This document shows positions 8,332-18,198 of a stretch of 64,000 nucleotides of DNA, one piece after another. The translations under genes were made by a program, and so were the position numbers. Location of the stretch: NCBI GenBank assembly GCA_963747985.1, contig CAVVHG010000001.1:329963-393962 (forward strand). Direction: 5' to 3'. Within the stretch, counting starts at the first letter, position 1, and the number at the start of each line of letters is the position of its first letter. The notes below the pieces were generated by a model, which made no database searches, was not told the DNA's origin, and saw nothing but the letters and a program-made list of their open reading frames with translations. The DNA is from an uncultured Acidobacteriota bacterium (GTDB lineage: Bacteria; Acidobacteriota; UBA6911).

Positions 8332-9617
8332 TGGAAATGGATCACAAAAACCGGAACGGTCTCGTAGCCGGCATCGTGCGTTTTCTAGTCCCGCTGGCGC
8401 TGGGCCTTATTCTGGGAGCCTTCCTCTATTCCAGGTTCGCCGGTACCGATACGCGGCAGGGTCCTCCCGCAATCGAATCTCACCCGGATGCGGCCGCCGG
8501 TCCCCCGGCGGAACCGGACACGGTGCGGATAAGCCCCGAGTCGCAGAAGGATGTCGGGATTGCCGTGGAGGCCGCGGCCAATCGCAGTCTGCAGGAAGTC
8601 TTCACCGCAACCGGAATCGTCAGCGAGGACCCCGGCAGGGTTGCCCACATTCGGCCGCTGGCCCGAGGCCTCATCGAGAAGGCCTTTGCGCGCTTGGGGG
8701 ATCGCGTCTCCGCGGGCGATCCTCTGGTCGAATACGACAACATCGAACTGGGCGTTGCCATCGGGGAATTCCTCAGCGCGAAGGCAGCGCAGCAACAAAG
8801 CCTGACAGACCTCGAAGTGAAGAGGAAGATCCTCGACCGAAGCAGGGAGATGCTCCGGGCGGGAGCGCTTGCGCGGACTACATATGACCTCCGCGAGGCC
8901 GAGTACAAGGACGCGGAAGCGAAAGCGGTCGCTGCGCAGGCCACGGCAGAGCAAATCGAAGAACAGATCCACCGGTACGGGTGGACCGATCAGGATTTGG
9001 ATAAACTCCCGGCGAAGCAGGGCCACAGCATAACGCATAGCATTTTGAAGGCGCCCTTCTCAGGCGTGATCACGAGTTTCCATGTTGTTGAGGGCGAAGT
9101 TGTGGAGCCATCGACTGAGCTGCTCGCGATCACCGATATGTCGTCGCTTTGGGTCCTGGCGGACGTGTTCGAGAAGGACCTCGCCCACATCCGGCCGGGC
9201 AAGGCGGTTCAGGTACGGGTGGGGTCCTATCCGGGAAAGGTGTTCCAGGGAAGAATCACCTACGTGACGGACGCTATTGACCCGAAGACACGTACCGCCA
9301 AGGCGCGATGCCACGTCCAGAACATCGGCGGACTGCTCAAGCTGGAGATGTTCGCGACAGTTGAAATGCCGGTGGAACGAACAGCCCCGGTGTTGGCGGT
9401 GCCGGACTCCTCCATTCAACAGATCGATGGTAAGCCGACAGTCTTCGTCCGCGTCTCTGAAACCGAGTTCCAGAAGAGGGGGGTTCAGGCAGGAATCGCC
9501 GGCGGGGGATTTACCGAAATACGGTCCGGACTCAAAGCGGGAGAGTCGGTGGTCACCAGCGGCAGCTTCATCGTTAAGACCGAGTTTCTGAAGAACCTCA
9601 TCGGTGAGAAAGAATAA
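8328..9617 (+). CDS. czcB: RND efflux membrane-fusion (periplasmic adaptor) protein, CzcB/CusB family
   Basis: 429 aa; HlyD/biotinyl-lipoyl-like ...LKAPFSGVITSFHVVEGEVVEPSTELLAITDMSSLWVLADVFEKDL..., beta-barrel and C-terminal domain. Confidence 0.8.
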   Translation: MMEMDHKNRNGLVAGIVRFLVPLALGLILGAFLYSRFAGTDTRQGPPAIESHPDAAAGPPAEPDTVRISPESQKDVGIAVEAAANRSLQEVFTATGIVSEDPGRVAHIRPLARGLIEKAFARLGDRVSAGDPLVEYDNIELGVAIGEFLSAKAAQQQSLTDLEVKRKILDRSREMLRAGALARTTYDLREAEYKDAEAKAVAAQATAEQIEEQIHRYGWTDQDLDKLPAKQGHSITHSILKAPFSGVITSFHVVEGEVVEPSTELLAITDMSSLWVLADVFEKDLAHIRPGKAVQVRVGSYPGKVFQGRITYVTDAIDPKTRTAKARCHVQNIGGLLKLEMFATVEMPVERTAPVLAVPDSSIQQIDGKPTVFVRVSETEFQKRGVQAGIAGGGFTEIRSGLKAGESVVTSGSFIVKTEFLKNLIGEKE

Positions 9618-9670
9618 GGACATGCGACGGCTTTGCTGCGCCTGTCAATGATTGGGATCGAGGATGAGAG

Positions 9671-12600
9671 ATGCTTGAGGCAGTCATTGCGCAGACACTG
9701 AAATACAGGAATTTCGTGATCCTGGGCGTGCTGGTCCTGGTGGCTGTGGGCGTATATTCATATCTGAAGCTGCCTATAGACGCCTTCCCGGATGTGACCA
9801 ACGTGCAGGTCGAAATCCTGAGCACGGCGCCCGGACTTTCGGCGCTGGAAATAGAGCGGTTCGTCACCTACCCGATCGAAAACGCCATGAGAGGGCTTCC
9901 CGATGTGACGCAGATGCGCTCCATCACGAAGTTCGGTCTCTCCGTGGTAACCATCGTCTTCAAAGACAGGGTCGATATCTATTTCGCGAGGCAATTGGTT
10001 TTTCAGCGCCTCGATGAGGCGAAGGCGAACGTACCTGACACCGTGAATGTGAGCATGGGGCCGATCGCGACTGCGATGGGCGAAATCTACCAGTACACAC
10101 TCCAGGGGGCGGCCCCCAAGGATCCTGAGAGACAGATCAGGTACCTGACCGACCTTCGCACACTGCAGGAGTGGGTGGTGACACCGTTGCTCAAGAACGT
10201 GGAGGGCGTCAGCGAGATCAACTCCTTCGGAGGGTATTTCAAGCAGTACCAGGTGGTGGTGAATCCCGTCAGGCTGATTGCCTATGGCCTGACTCTCGAG
10301 GACGTCTATCGAGCGATCGAAAGGAACAACGAAAACGCGGGAGGCAACGTCCTCGACCGCTTCGATGAACAGTACATTGTGCGGGGGGTCGGGCTGCTGA
10401 AGTCGGAGGAGGACCTGAGAAACATCGTCCTGACGGCTCGTGCGGGCACCCCCGTCTTCGTTCGCGACGTTGCGGATATTCAGATCGGCGAAGCGGTCCG
10501 GCAGGGAGCCGCGCTTCTGAACGGTGAAGGAGAGGCCGTCGGCGGCATCGTGATGATGCTGCGCGGCGCGAACAGCCGGGAAGTGGTCGAGCGGGTCAGG
10601 GCAAAGGTTCGGGAGATCAACGACAACGACATTTTGCCCTCGGGGATCAAGATCGTTCCTTACTACGACCGCTCCGGCATCGTATCGAGCAGCGTCGGGA
10701 CCGTTACAAAGGCGCTCCTGGAGGGATCCGTCCTCGTCCTGATCATCCTCTATCTCATGCTGCGCAGCCTGCGCGGCGCCGCTGTCGTGGTTCTCGCGCT
10801 GCCACTCTCGCTTTTTCTCACGTTCATCGTGATGAAGCAGGTGGGGCTCGATGCGAATCTCATGTCGCTGGGTGGCCTGGCGATCTCGATCGGCATGATT
10901 ATCGACGCGACTATCATCCAGGTTGAGAACGTCCAGCGGCACTTGAGCAAGGATGAAAGTCCCGGGCACAAGATCCCGACGGTCCTGAAAGCGGTGCTCG
11001 AAGTCCGCAAGCCCAGCATCTTCGGCGAACTGATCATCGCGACGACCTTTCTTCCCATCCTTTCCCTGGAGGGGCTGGAAGGGAAAATGTTCGGTCCGCT
11101 GGCGCTCACCGTGGCGATCGCTCTTCTGGCGTCGCTCGTGGTATCGATCTTCGTGATCCCGGTGTTGTGCGCGCTGGTATTGCGCCCGGGTCCGGAAAAG
11201 GAAAGCCCCATCATGAGGGGAGCGAGGGCATTGTACGAGCCACTCCTCGCGTGGGCTCTGAGGAAGAGATACCTGGTCATTGCCGGCGCAATGGCGGCGT
11301 TGATCGCGGCGATATTCATGGTGACGAGGCTCGGAACGGAATTCATTCCCATCATGGATGAGGGTGCGTTCGATATGGACGTACAACTCCTGCCCGGCAT
11401 TTCCCTCGCCAAGGCGCTCGACATCACGAATGTCGTGGAGAAGAAGCTCCGTCAATTCCCGGAACTGACGACTGTCATTTCGCGGACCGGGCAGACGGGG
11501 ATCGCGCTCGAAGCGAGGGGCGTGGAAAAGACCGGGTTCACCGGGATATTCAAACCTCGATCGGAGTGGAAAACGGCGGCGGATCGGGATGACATGACCG
11601 AGAAGATGAGGAGCGCCCTCGCCGGGATTCCGGGGATGGCGTTCAGCTTCAGCCAGCCCATACAGTGCCGTATCGACGAACTTGTGGCAGGAACACGCGC
11701 TCAGCTGATCGTCAAACTCTTCGGGGAGGACATGGATGTCCTCAGGGACAAAGCCGATCAGATCGGCACCGTGCTGCGCGGCATGCGCGGAACGGCGGAT
11801 CTGGTGGTGGAGAGGATCGATGGGCAGCCGTACCTTTCGATCAACATAGACAGGATCAAGATGGCGCGCCACGGCGTAAACGCAAGCGACGTGCTGCGCA
11901 TCGTCGAGATGTCCGTCGGCGGGAAAGCGGCGACAAAACTGTATGAGGAGAACCGCGCCTTCGAGGTCGTGGTCCGATATCCGGGCGAGTTCCGGAACTC
12001 GGTCCAGACGATCGGCAACACGCTCGTCCCCACCGGCGAAGGATACAACGTGCCGCTGAACCAGCTGGCCAATATCCAGGTCATTCAGGGACCGGTGCAA
12101 ATCAGCCGGGAGAACGGACTGCGTCGGATCGGCGTCGAGATCAACATTCATGACAGGGATATCGGCACCTATGTCGCCGAGGCAAAGGAAGCCATAAGGA
12201 GTCGAGTCCCGCTGCCACCGGGCTATTTCACCACGTGGGGCGGCCAGTTCGAGAATCAGCAGCGCGCGATGGCCAAACTGTCGATCGTGGGCCCGACCGC
12301 GGTGGGGCTGATACTGCTGCTCCTGTTCGTGACATTTCGGTCGATCCGGCTGGCCATGCTGGTCGTACTCAACCTGCCTTTCGCCCTCATAGGCGGCGTG
12401 TTCGCGCTGAATCTGTCCCGCCTCTACCTGTCCGTTCCGGCTTCGGTTGGCTTCATCGTGCTCTTCGGAGTTGCGGTGCTGAACGGCGTGGTGCTGGTGT
12501 CCCACATCGCGCAGCTCAGGCAGGAAGGCGTTTCTGTGGAGGAGGCGGTCGTGAGGGGAAGCCAGGACAGGCTCAGGCCCGTGCTGATGACGGCTTGCAT

Positions 12601-12775
12601 AGCAATTTTCAGCTTGATTCCGATGCTATATGCCAGCGGCCCGGGGTCCGAGGTGCAGCGCCCGCTTGCCACTGTTGTGGTCGGCGGACTGCTGACTTCG
12701 ACAATCCTCACCCTCCTGGTGCTGCCGACGCTCTATCGATGGTTCGAGCCAAAGGAGACACAGGCAGAACTATAG
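9671..12775 (+). CDS. czcA: Heavy-metal efflux RND transporter (CzcA/CusA family, HME-RND)
   Basis: 1034 aa, 12 TM; N-terminus MLEAVIAQTLKYRNFVILGVLVLVAVGVYSYLKLPIDAFPDVTNVQVEI... typical of CzcA/CusA. Confidence 0.9.
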   Translation: MLEAVIAQTLKYRNFVILGVLVLVAVGVYSYLKLPIDAFPDVTNVQVEILSTAPGLSALEIERFVTYPIENAMRGLPDVTQMRSITKFGLSVVTIVFKDRVDIYFARQLVFQRLDEAKANVPDTVNVSMGPIATAMGEIYQYTLQGAAPKDPERQIRYLTDLRTLQEWVVTPLLKNVEGVSEINSFGGYFKQYQVVVNPVRLIAYGLTLEDVYRAIERNNENAGGNVLDRFDEQYIVRGVGLLKSEEDLRNIVLTARAGTPVFVRDVADIQIGEAVRQGAALLNGEGEAVGGIVMMLRGANSREVVERVRAKVREINDNDILPSGIKIVPYYDRSGIVSSSVGTVTKALLEGSVLVLIILYLMLRSLRGAAVVVLALPLSLFLTFIVMKQVGLDANLMSLGGLAISIGMIIDATIIQVENVQRHLSKDESPGHKIPTVLKAVLEVRKPSIFGELIIATTFLPILSLEGLEGKMFGPLALTVAIALLASLVVSIFVIPVLCALVLRPGPEKESPIMRGARALYEPLLAWALRKRYLVIAGAMAALIAAIFMVTRLGTEFIPIMDEGAFDMDVQLLPGISLAKALDITNVVEKKLRQFPELTTVISRTGQTGIALEARGVEKTGFTGIFKPRSEWKTAADRDDMTEKMRSALAGIPGMAFSFSQPIQCRIDELVAGTRAQLIVKLFGEDMDVLRDKADQIGTVLRGMRGTADLVVERIDGQPYLSINIDRIKMARHGVNASDVLRIVEMSVGGKAATKLYEENRAFEVVVRYPGEFRNSVQTIGNTLVPTGEGYNVPLNQLANIQVIQGPVQISRENGLRRIGVEINIHDRDIGTYVAEAKEAIRSRVPLPPGYFTTWGGQFENQQRAMAKLSIVGPTAVGLILLLLFVTFRSIRLAMLVVLNLPFALIGGVFALNLSRLYLSVPASVGFIVLFGVAVLNGVVLVSHIAQLRQEGVSVEEAVVRGSQDRLRPVLMTACIAIFSLIPMLYASGPGSEVQRPLATVVVGGLLTSTILTLLVLPTLYRWFEPKETQAEL

Positions 12776-12917
12776 GCGGGGGTAACGACAGGGCCCGGGA
12801 TGTGTACTTGCCTGCCGCGTTTTGATCTATACTCCGGAAATATCCTTTGCGTGGAGCGCCGTTTTCCCTCGGTCCGGGTCCCCGCCATCAGATTCGGAGA
12901 GCCGGCCTGACACGGAG

Positions 12918-13403
12918 ATGTCAATGCAACGAACGGTTTCATTCACCCTCAATGGCAAGCCGACGAGCGTGACGGTTGACCAGGAGCGCATGCTGCTCTG
13001 GGTGTTGCGCTATGACCTCGGCCTCACAGGCACGAAGTTCGGCTGCGGTGCCTCACTGTGCGGTGCCTGCACGGTCCTGGTGGACAAGGAAGCCGTCAGG
13101 TCCTGCTCGACCCCCATTAAAGAGGTCGCCGGGAAACAGGTTCTGACTATCGAAGGGCTCAGCAGGGACGGACGGCTTCATCCGCTGCAGGAGGCGTTTC
13201 TGAAACACAAGGCGTTTCAGTGCGGCTTCTGCACCTCGGGGATGATCCTCAACGCCTACGCCCTGCTCCTCAGGAAGCCGCGGCCGACGCGCGCGGAAAT
13301 CATTCGGGAGATGGACGACAACCTCTGCCGGTGCGGTTCGCATACGCGGATCCTGGATGCGATCCAGGAGGCATCCGGCGCGATGAAAGGGGGTACGCGA
13401 TGA
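12918..13403 (+). CDS. (2Fe-2S)-binding small subunit of a molybdenum hydroxylase (IorA/CoxS-like)
   Basis: Two [2Fe-2S] motifs (CGASLCGACTV; CGFCTSGM...CRCGSH); ATG 12918/12924 with GGAG RBS; stop overlaps next gene (ATGA at 13400). Confidence 0.8.
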   Translation: MSMQRTVSFTLNGKPTSVTVDQERMLLWVLRYDLGLTGTKFGCGASLCGACTVLVDKEAVRSCSTPIKEVAGKQVLTIEGLSRDGRLHPLQEAFLKHKAFQCGFCTSGMILNAYALLLRKPRPTRAEIIREMDDNLCRCGSHTRILDAIQEASGAMKGGTR

Positions 13404-15553
13404 AGAGCGACGACACGAATGTGAATGTCGGCCCCGCACAGGGGGTTCCAGCAGATTTGAGCCGTCGCGGTTTCTTTGCGATCACCGGGTCAGGCCTGTT
13501 CGTGTTCTTCCGGGTCGGGAATCTGGACGGGTTCCAGGAACCCGCGCGGCTGCCGGCAAGACAAGGATATCCGGCCGATTTCAACGCTTACCTGCGCATC
13601 GGAGCCGATGGCCGGACGACGTGCTTCGTGGGCAAGGTTGAGCTGGGCCAGGGGTCGAAAACCACACTCGCGCAACTCCTCGCCGAGGAACTCGACGTCG
13701 CATTTGATTCGGTGGACATGGTGATGGGGGACACGGACCTCTGCCCTTGGGACATGGGCACGTTCGGGTCGCTGAGCGTGAGGCAGTTCGGCCCGGTGCT
13801 GCGCGGCGCCGGCGCCGAGGCGAGGGCGGTCCTGCTCCGGATGGCCGGCGAACGGCTCCAGGCCCCCGCGGACGGGCTGCAGGTGAAGGACGGTGTCGTC
13901 ACGGACCCGTCGGGCCCGGGCAAACGCGTAACCTATGCGCAACTGGTGGCAGGGAAACGGATCGAGCGGCATCTCGAGAAAGTACCGGTAAAGCCGGTCA
14001 CCGCTTACACCGTGGTCGGTCAATCGGCGCCCCGGAAGGATGCGCTCGAGAAGGTCACGGGCAACGCGAAATATGCCGGTGATCTGGTGCCTCCAGGAAC
14101 GCTGCATGCCCGGATCGTGAGGCCGCCGGCGCATGGTGCGACGCTGAAGGACGTCGACACGACCGAGGCGGGAAGGGTCGAGGGAGTCCGTGTCGTAAGA
14201 GACGGTGATCTTATCGCCGTGCTCCACGAACGGCCTGACGTGGCCGATCGGGCGCTCTCTCTCATCAAAACGAAGTTCGACCGCACTCAGACAGGACTGG
14301 ACGACAGGACCATCTTCGAACACCTGGTCAAGGCCGTCCCTGAAGGCCGCGTGGTAAGCGAGGGCGGCAGCCTCGCGGAAGGCGAAAAGCTCGCCGCGAC
14401 CTTCATCGAACGCACCTATCTGAACAGCTATGTCGCGCACGCGGCCATGGAGACTCACTCCGCCGTCGCGACGGTCGAGGGAGGCAAAGCCACGGTCTGG
14501 GCAGGAACTCAAACACCCTTCCCGGTCAAGCAGCAGGTAGCCCAGGCGCTCGGTTTCGCTCCCGAGAACGTGCGCGTCATCGTTCCCTATGTGGGCGGCG
14601 GCTTCGGAGGCAAGAGCGCATCCAGGCAGGCCGTCGAAGCGGCCCGGCTTTCGAAAGCGGTGGGAAAGCCGGTCCAGGTTGTGTTTGATCGCGCGGAGGA
14701 GTTCTTCTACGACACCTTCAGGCCGGCGGCCGTCGTCAAGATCCGATCGGGCCTCACAGGCGACGGCAAGATGATCCTTTGGGACTACAACGTCTACTGC
14801 GCGGGCGACCGCGAGGCGAAGCAGTTCTACGACATCCCCAACCAGCGTACCGTTTCGGCAGGAGGCTGGGGCGGGGAGAGCACCCCCGGCCTGCACCCCT
14901 TCGGGATCGGACCGTGGCGCGCACCGTCGGTCAATACGAACACCTTTGCGCGCGAGTCGCACATCGACATCATGGCCTCCCAGCTCGGCGTCGACCCTCT
15001 CGAGTTCCGCCTGCGCCACCTGAGCGACCGGCGTGTCAGGGGCGTTTTGGAGGCAGCCGCGAAACAGTTCGGCTGGAAGCCGGTGCGGATGCCGAGTGGC
15101 CGCGGAGTAGGGATTTCGTGCGCCATCTACCTTGGCACGTACGTGGCCCTCATGGCGGAGGTGGCTGTGGACAAGGCCACAGGCCAGGTCCAGGTCAAGC
15201 GCGTCGTTTGTGCCCAGGACGAAGGGGTAATAGTCAATCCGGACGGTTCCCGACAGCAGATGGAGGGGAGCATCACGATGGGCCTCGGGTATGCGCTCAG
15301 CGAAGAGGTTCGTTTCAAAGACGGCGAGATTCTCGACCGCAATTTCGACACGTATGGGATTCCGCGCTTCTCGTGGCTGCCGAAGATCGAGACGGTGCTG
15401 GTGGAAAACCGCGAGGTTCCGGCGTCGGGATGCGGTGAGCCGCCGATTGTCAACATGGGGGCGGTGATAGCCAACGCCATCTACGATGCTTCGGGCGCCA
15501 GGCTGCTGCAGCTGCCGATGACGCCGGCCCGCGTCAAGGAGGCGCTGGCCTAG
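13400..15553 (+). CDS. Molybdopterin-binding large subunit of an aldehyde/isoquinoline oxidoreductase-type enzyme (IorB-like), TAT-exported
   Basis: 717 aa; twin-arginine signal SRRGFFAITGSGL; MoCo-binding family motifs (VGKVELGQGSKTTLAQL, GGGFGGKS); a longer N-terminal extension in the ORF track is overlap artefact. Confidence 0.8.
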   Translation: MKSDDTNVNVGPAQGVPADLSRRGFFAITGSGLFVFFRVGNLDGFQEPARLPARQGYPADFNAYLRIGADGRTTCFVGKVELGQGSKTTLAQLLAEELDVAFDSVDMVMGDTDLCPWDMGTFGSLSVRQFGPVLRGAGAEARAVLLRMAGERLQAPADGLQVKDGVVTDPSGPGKRVTYAQLVAGKRIERHLEKVPVKPVTAYTVVGQSAPRKDALEKVTGNAKYAGDLVPPGTLHARIVRPPAHGATLKDVDTTEAGRVEGVRVVRDGDLIAVLHERPDVADRALSLIKTKFDRTQTGLDDRTIFEHLVKAVPEGRVVSEGGSLAEGEKLAATFIERTYLNSYVAHAAMETHSAVATVEGGKATVWAGTQTPFPVKQQVAQALGFAPENVRVIVPYVGGGFGGKSASRQAVEAARLSKAVGKPVQVVFDRAEEFFYDTFRPAAVVKIRSGLTGDGKMILWDYNVYCAGDREAKQFYDIPNQRTVSAGGWGGESTPGLHPFGIGPWRAPSVNTNTFARESHIDIMASQLGVDPLEFRLRHLSDRRVRGVLEAAAKQFGWKPVRMPSGRGVGISCAIYLGTYVALMAEVAVDKATGQVQVKRVVCAQDEGVIVNPDGSRQQMEGSITMGLGYALSEEVRFKDGEILDRNFDTYGIPRFSWLPKIETVLVENREVPASGCGEPPIVNMGAVIANAIYDASGARLLQLPMTPARVKEALA

Positions 15554-15620
15554 ATCACAACCCGGTCCAAGGGGCAGGGCCGGGGCCCTGCTCCGATCAC
15601 TCGATACAGGAAGGAGTCCT

Positions 15621-16460
15621 ATGTCCGATTTCTCAAGACGTGCATTCCTGCGCACGACCACAGCAGGGGCCGCCGCACTCATGGCGGGGAATGTGCCCGG
15701 AGTTGTCGCAGCGCGGAAGAACATCCCTATCGGAGTTCAGCTCTATTCCGTGCGGAATTATATACCTAACGACGTGCCCGGCACCCTCGCGGCCATAAAG
15801 AAGATGGGCTACGACGGGGTTGAATTTGCCGGCTACTACGGAAAGGATGCCGGAACGCTGCGCCAGTGGCTGGATGACAACGGCCTGAAATGCTGCGGCT
15901 CGCATGTCGGCCTGCAGACCGTCACCGGCGATCAACTCTCTGCGACCATCGAGTTCAACCAGGCACTGGGCAATGAGTTCCTGATCGTCCCGTCGGCGAG
16001 GGGCGTCAGCACCATCGATGCCTGGACCAAGCTTGCCGAGACGCTGAGCGGCATCGCCGGGAAGCTGAAGCCGCTCGGGATGTATGTCGGATTTCACAAC
16101 CACTCCGTCGAGTTCCAGCCTATTGACGGGCAGCTACCCATGGATGTCCTCTTCGGGAAGGCGGCCAGGGAAGTGGTCATGCAGCTCGACGTCGGCCACT
16201 GCGTGCAGGCGGGAGCTGATCCCGCTGTATATCTGAACCGGTACCCCGGTCGGGCGCTTACCGTGCACCTGAAGGAGTGGTCATCCACCAGGAAGGATGC
16301 CGTTGTGGGCGAGGGCGACGTGAAGTGGCCCCCGGTTTTTGAGGCATGCGAGGCGGTCGGGGGTACCCGGTGGTATATCCTCGAGGAGGAAACCGGAGCA
16401 TTCAGCGGCCTCGATGGTATAGAAAAGAGTATCCAGAGCCTGAAGAAGTTGCTCGCCTGA
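15621..16460 (+). CDS. Sugar-phosphate isomerase/epimerase (xylose-isomerase-like TIM barrel) with TAT signal
   Basis: MSDFSRRAFLRTTTAGAAALMAG TAT motif; AP-endonuclease-2/XylA-like TIM-barrel pattern (GYDGVEF..., FHNHSVEF). Confidence 0.65.
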   Translation: MSDFSRRAFLRTTTAGAAALMAGNVPGVVAARKNIPIGVQLYSVRNYIPNDVPGTLAAIKKMGYDGVEFAGYYGKDAGTLRQWLDDNGLKCCGSHVGLQTVTGDQLSATIEFNQALGNEFLIVPSARGVSTIDAWTKLAETLSGIAGKLKPLGMYVGFHNHSVEFQPIDGQLPMDVLFGKAAREVVMQLDVGHCVQAGADPAVYLNRYPGRALTVHLKEWSSTRKDAVVGEGDVKWPPVFEACEAVGGTRWYILEEETGAFSGLDGIEKSIQSLKKLLA

Positions 16461-16486
16461 AGTGGGTCCGACAGGCCCGGTGTGAC

Positions 16487-16747
16487 GAGGCTGTCTCAGA
16501 ACTCTATGGAGCGGGCCTTCAGCCCTCGAAGGCATTGTCGATTCCATACCTGGCGCATTGCGCCAGGCTGGTATGAGTCGGGCCTCCGGCCCTCCCGGAA
16601 CGGGGCCAAGAGCAAGTCCTAGTGTCCAAAATCGAATAGAAGCGCCGAAGGCGCGGGCCATACCAGCCTGGGGCGAAGCCCCAGGAATTGTACCCATAAA
16701 CGAAAGAGGGCTGAAAGCCCGAATCATAGTTGGTTCGAGACAGCCTC
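16487..16747. repeat. Approximately 260-nt nested inverted-repeat element (candidate MITE or highly structured ncRNA) in the 316-nt gap between convergent genes
   Basis: Outer arms 16487-16527 versus 16706-16747 (about 34/41 complementary, gaggctgtctc...gagacagcctc); inner perfect 13-bp pair ccaggctggtatg (16563-75) / cataccagcctgg (16659-71); several internal GC palindromes (ggcgcattgcgcc, ggcctccggcc, gcgccgaaggcgc, ggggcgaagcccc). Confidence 0.55.
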
Positions 16748-16776
16748 AACAGACTGGACCTGCTTGCAGGCATTCT

Positions 16777-18132
16777 TCAGGCCGGATCACGATTCATCCT
16801 TTGCAGCGACAGCAGATTCAGCATGAGCTGCCGGGGAGGATGGTAATTGTCCTGCCGGCTCACGTGAGGCTGTTGGATCATCTGCCGGTCCGCAAACAGC
16901 ATGTAACCGGGTTGGCCGAACCTTTTTCGCGAGAACTTCCCGTCGATCACGTCCTGTGCCATCCCGTAGAAACGCTCCGCCCATTCCGCGCCCGTGCGCG
17001 CGAATATCTTCAGACAGGCAACCATGATCTCGTTGAGTGACCACAGCGTTTTCATGTAGTGGTACTCACCGCGGAAGCGGAACTCGAGGTCTGTTCCGAC
17101 GGGCCGCTCCACCGGCCAGATGTAGTCTCCCCGGTCGACATTGACCCACTGCGAGAGGCCGCCGTAAACCCAGTCCCAGCCGACTTCGATGTGCCGCCGG
17201 ATGCGCTCGGCGCACAGATTCCACATGTCGAGGTCGCTCCTGCGCTGCGCCTCTTCCATTACCATCCAGAGGGTCTCGATCGAGTGGCCGGGAAGAGACT
17301 TGTGCTCCTCTCCGGCCGGCCTCGTGAAGTCGAAGTTGAGGTTCTCGTTGTTGAGGCCGATGTCGGGGTTGAAGTGCCTGTTGATCACTGCATCCACGGC
17401 CTGCTGCGCGAGCGCATCGATTTCCGGCTCCTTCCACCTGCTCAGCATCTGTGTGGCGATGTTGAGGTTGACCATCCACAGGCCCTGCGGCCGGATCCCG
17501 GCGCCGGGTGTTCCGGGGATCGCAACGCGGGGCTCCTCTATGTGCCGATGGAGCTTCTTCAACAGGCCGAGGGCCATCTGAAAGGACTCCTCGTGTCCCG
17601 CCGCCCAGGCGTATTCCTGCAGCCCCTCCGCAACAAAGTACATGCCGTAGAGATCGCCCTGGAATCCCCGTAATATCCTCCCGTCACGCGCGAGCAATTC
17701 CGCCCACCAACCGTCCGGTTGCGGGGCGTGCCGGAGCACGAACTCGCGCGTCTGTGCTGCGATCTGCAGGTGGCGCGGATCCCTTCCGAAGTTGTTATAG
17801 AGGAAGCTGTAGACCCAGATTGCGCGGCCCTGAAACCAGAGCAGCTTGTCTGAATGAGCCAGCGTTCCGTCGTAGTCCAGGCCGTGCATGACGCCGCCAA
17901 ATTCGTGGTCGACGCCGTATCTGTCCCAGAAAGGCAGCACTGCGTTAAAGAGATCATCGCGGCAGCGCCCTTGAAGTTCACCGGGTGTCATCCCGGCCAA
18001 CCTGACTTGCGGGTTCGCCGAGGACGGTGTAGAAGACTTCTCCCTGCAGGCCGACAGCAGCCCTGCTCCTGCGGATCCGACAAAGGTGCGACGTTTCATT
18101 TTATGGATGCTCCGGTCGGTTGATATTAGCAC
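16777..18132 (-). CDS. N-acylglucosamine 2-epimerase (AGE) superfamily protein (cellobiose/mannose/sulfoquinovose-isomerase-like (alpha/alpha)6 barrel), exported
   Basis: 451 aa; AGE-family pattern; probable true start at MKRRTFVGSAGAGLLSAC (18099; TAT/lipobox-like). Confidence 0.6.
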   Translation of the reverse strand: MLISTDRSIHKMKRRTFVGSAGAGLLSACREKSSTPSSANPQVRLAGMTPGELQGRCRDDLFNAVLPFWDRYGVDHEFGGVMHGLDYDGTLAHSDKLLWFQGRAIWVYSFLYNNFGRDPRHLQIAAQTREFVLRHAPQPDGWWAELLARDGRILRGFQGDLYGMYFVAEGLQEYAWAAGHEESFQMALGLLKKLHRHIEEPRVAIPGTPGAGIRPQGLWMVNLNIATQMLSRWKEPEIDALAQQAVDAVINRHFNPDIGLNNENLNFDFTRPAGEEHKSLPGHSIETLWMVMEEAQRRSDLDMWNLCAERIRRHIEVGWDWVYGGLSQWVNVDRGDYIWPVERPVGTDLEFRFRGEYHYMKTLWSLNEIMVACLKIFARTGAEWAERFYGMAQDVIDGKFSRKRFGQPGYMLFADRQMIQQPHVSRQDNYHPPRQLMLNLLSLQRMNRDPA

Positions 18133-18198
18133 TGGTTATGATGCATTCTTCCTCATCATGTGAAGGCATGTCGTGATCCGCCCGGATGGAGGTGGCAG

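Noticed and set aside
9758-12505. 915-aa minus-strand ORF
   Set aside because: Antisense to czcA; highly biased composition (R, H, D, Q, E runs), no family resemblance.
13490-15724. 744-aa minus-strand ORF
   Set aside because: Antisense to the IorB-like gene; low-complexity Arg-rich translation.
16346-16773. ORFs 16346..16576 (+) and 16519..16773 (-)
   Set aside because: They overlap the nested inverted-repeat element and each other; amino-acid sequences mirror the palindromic DNA and begin inside the preceding gene.
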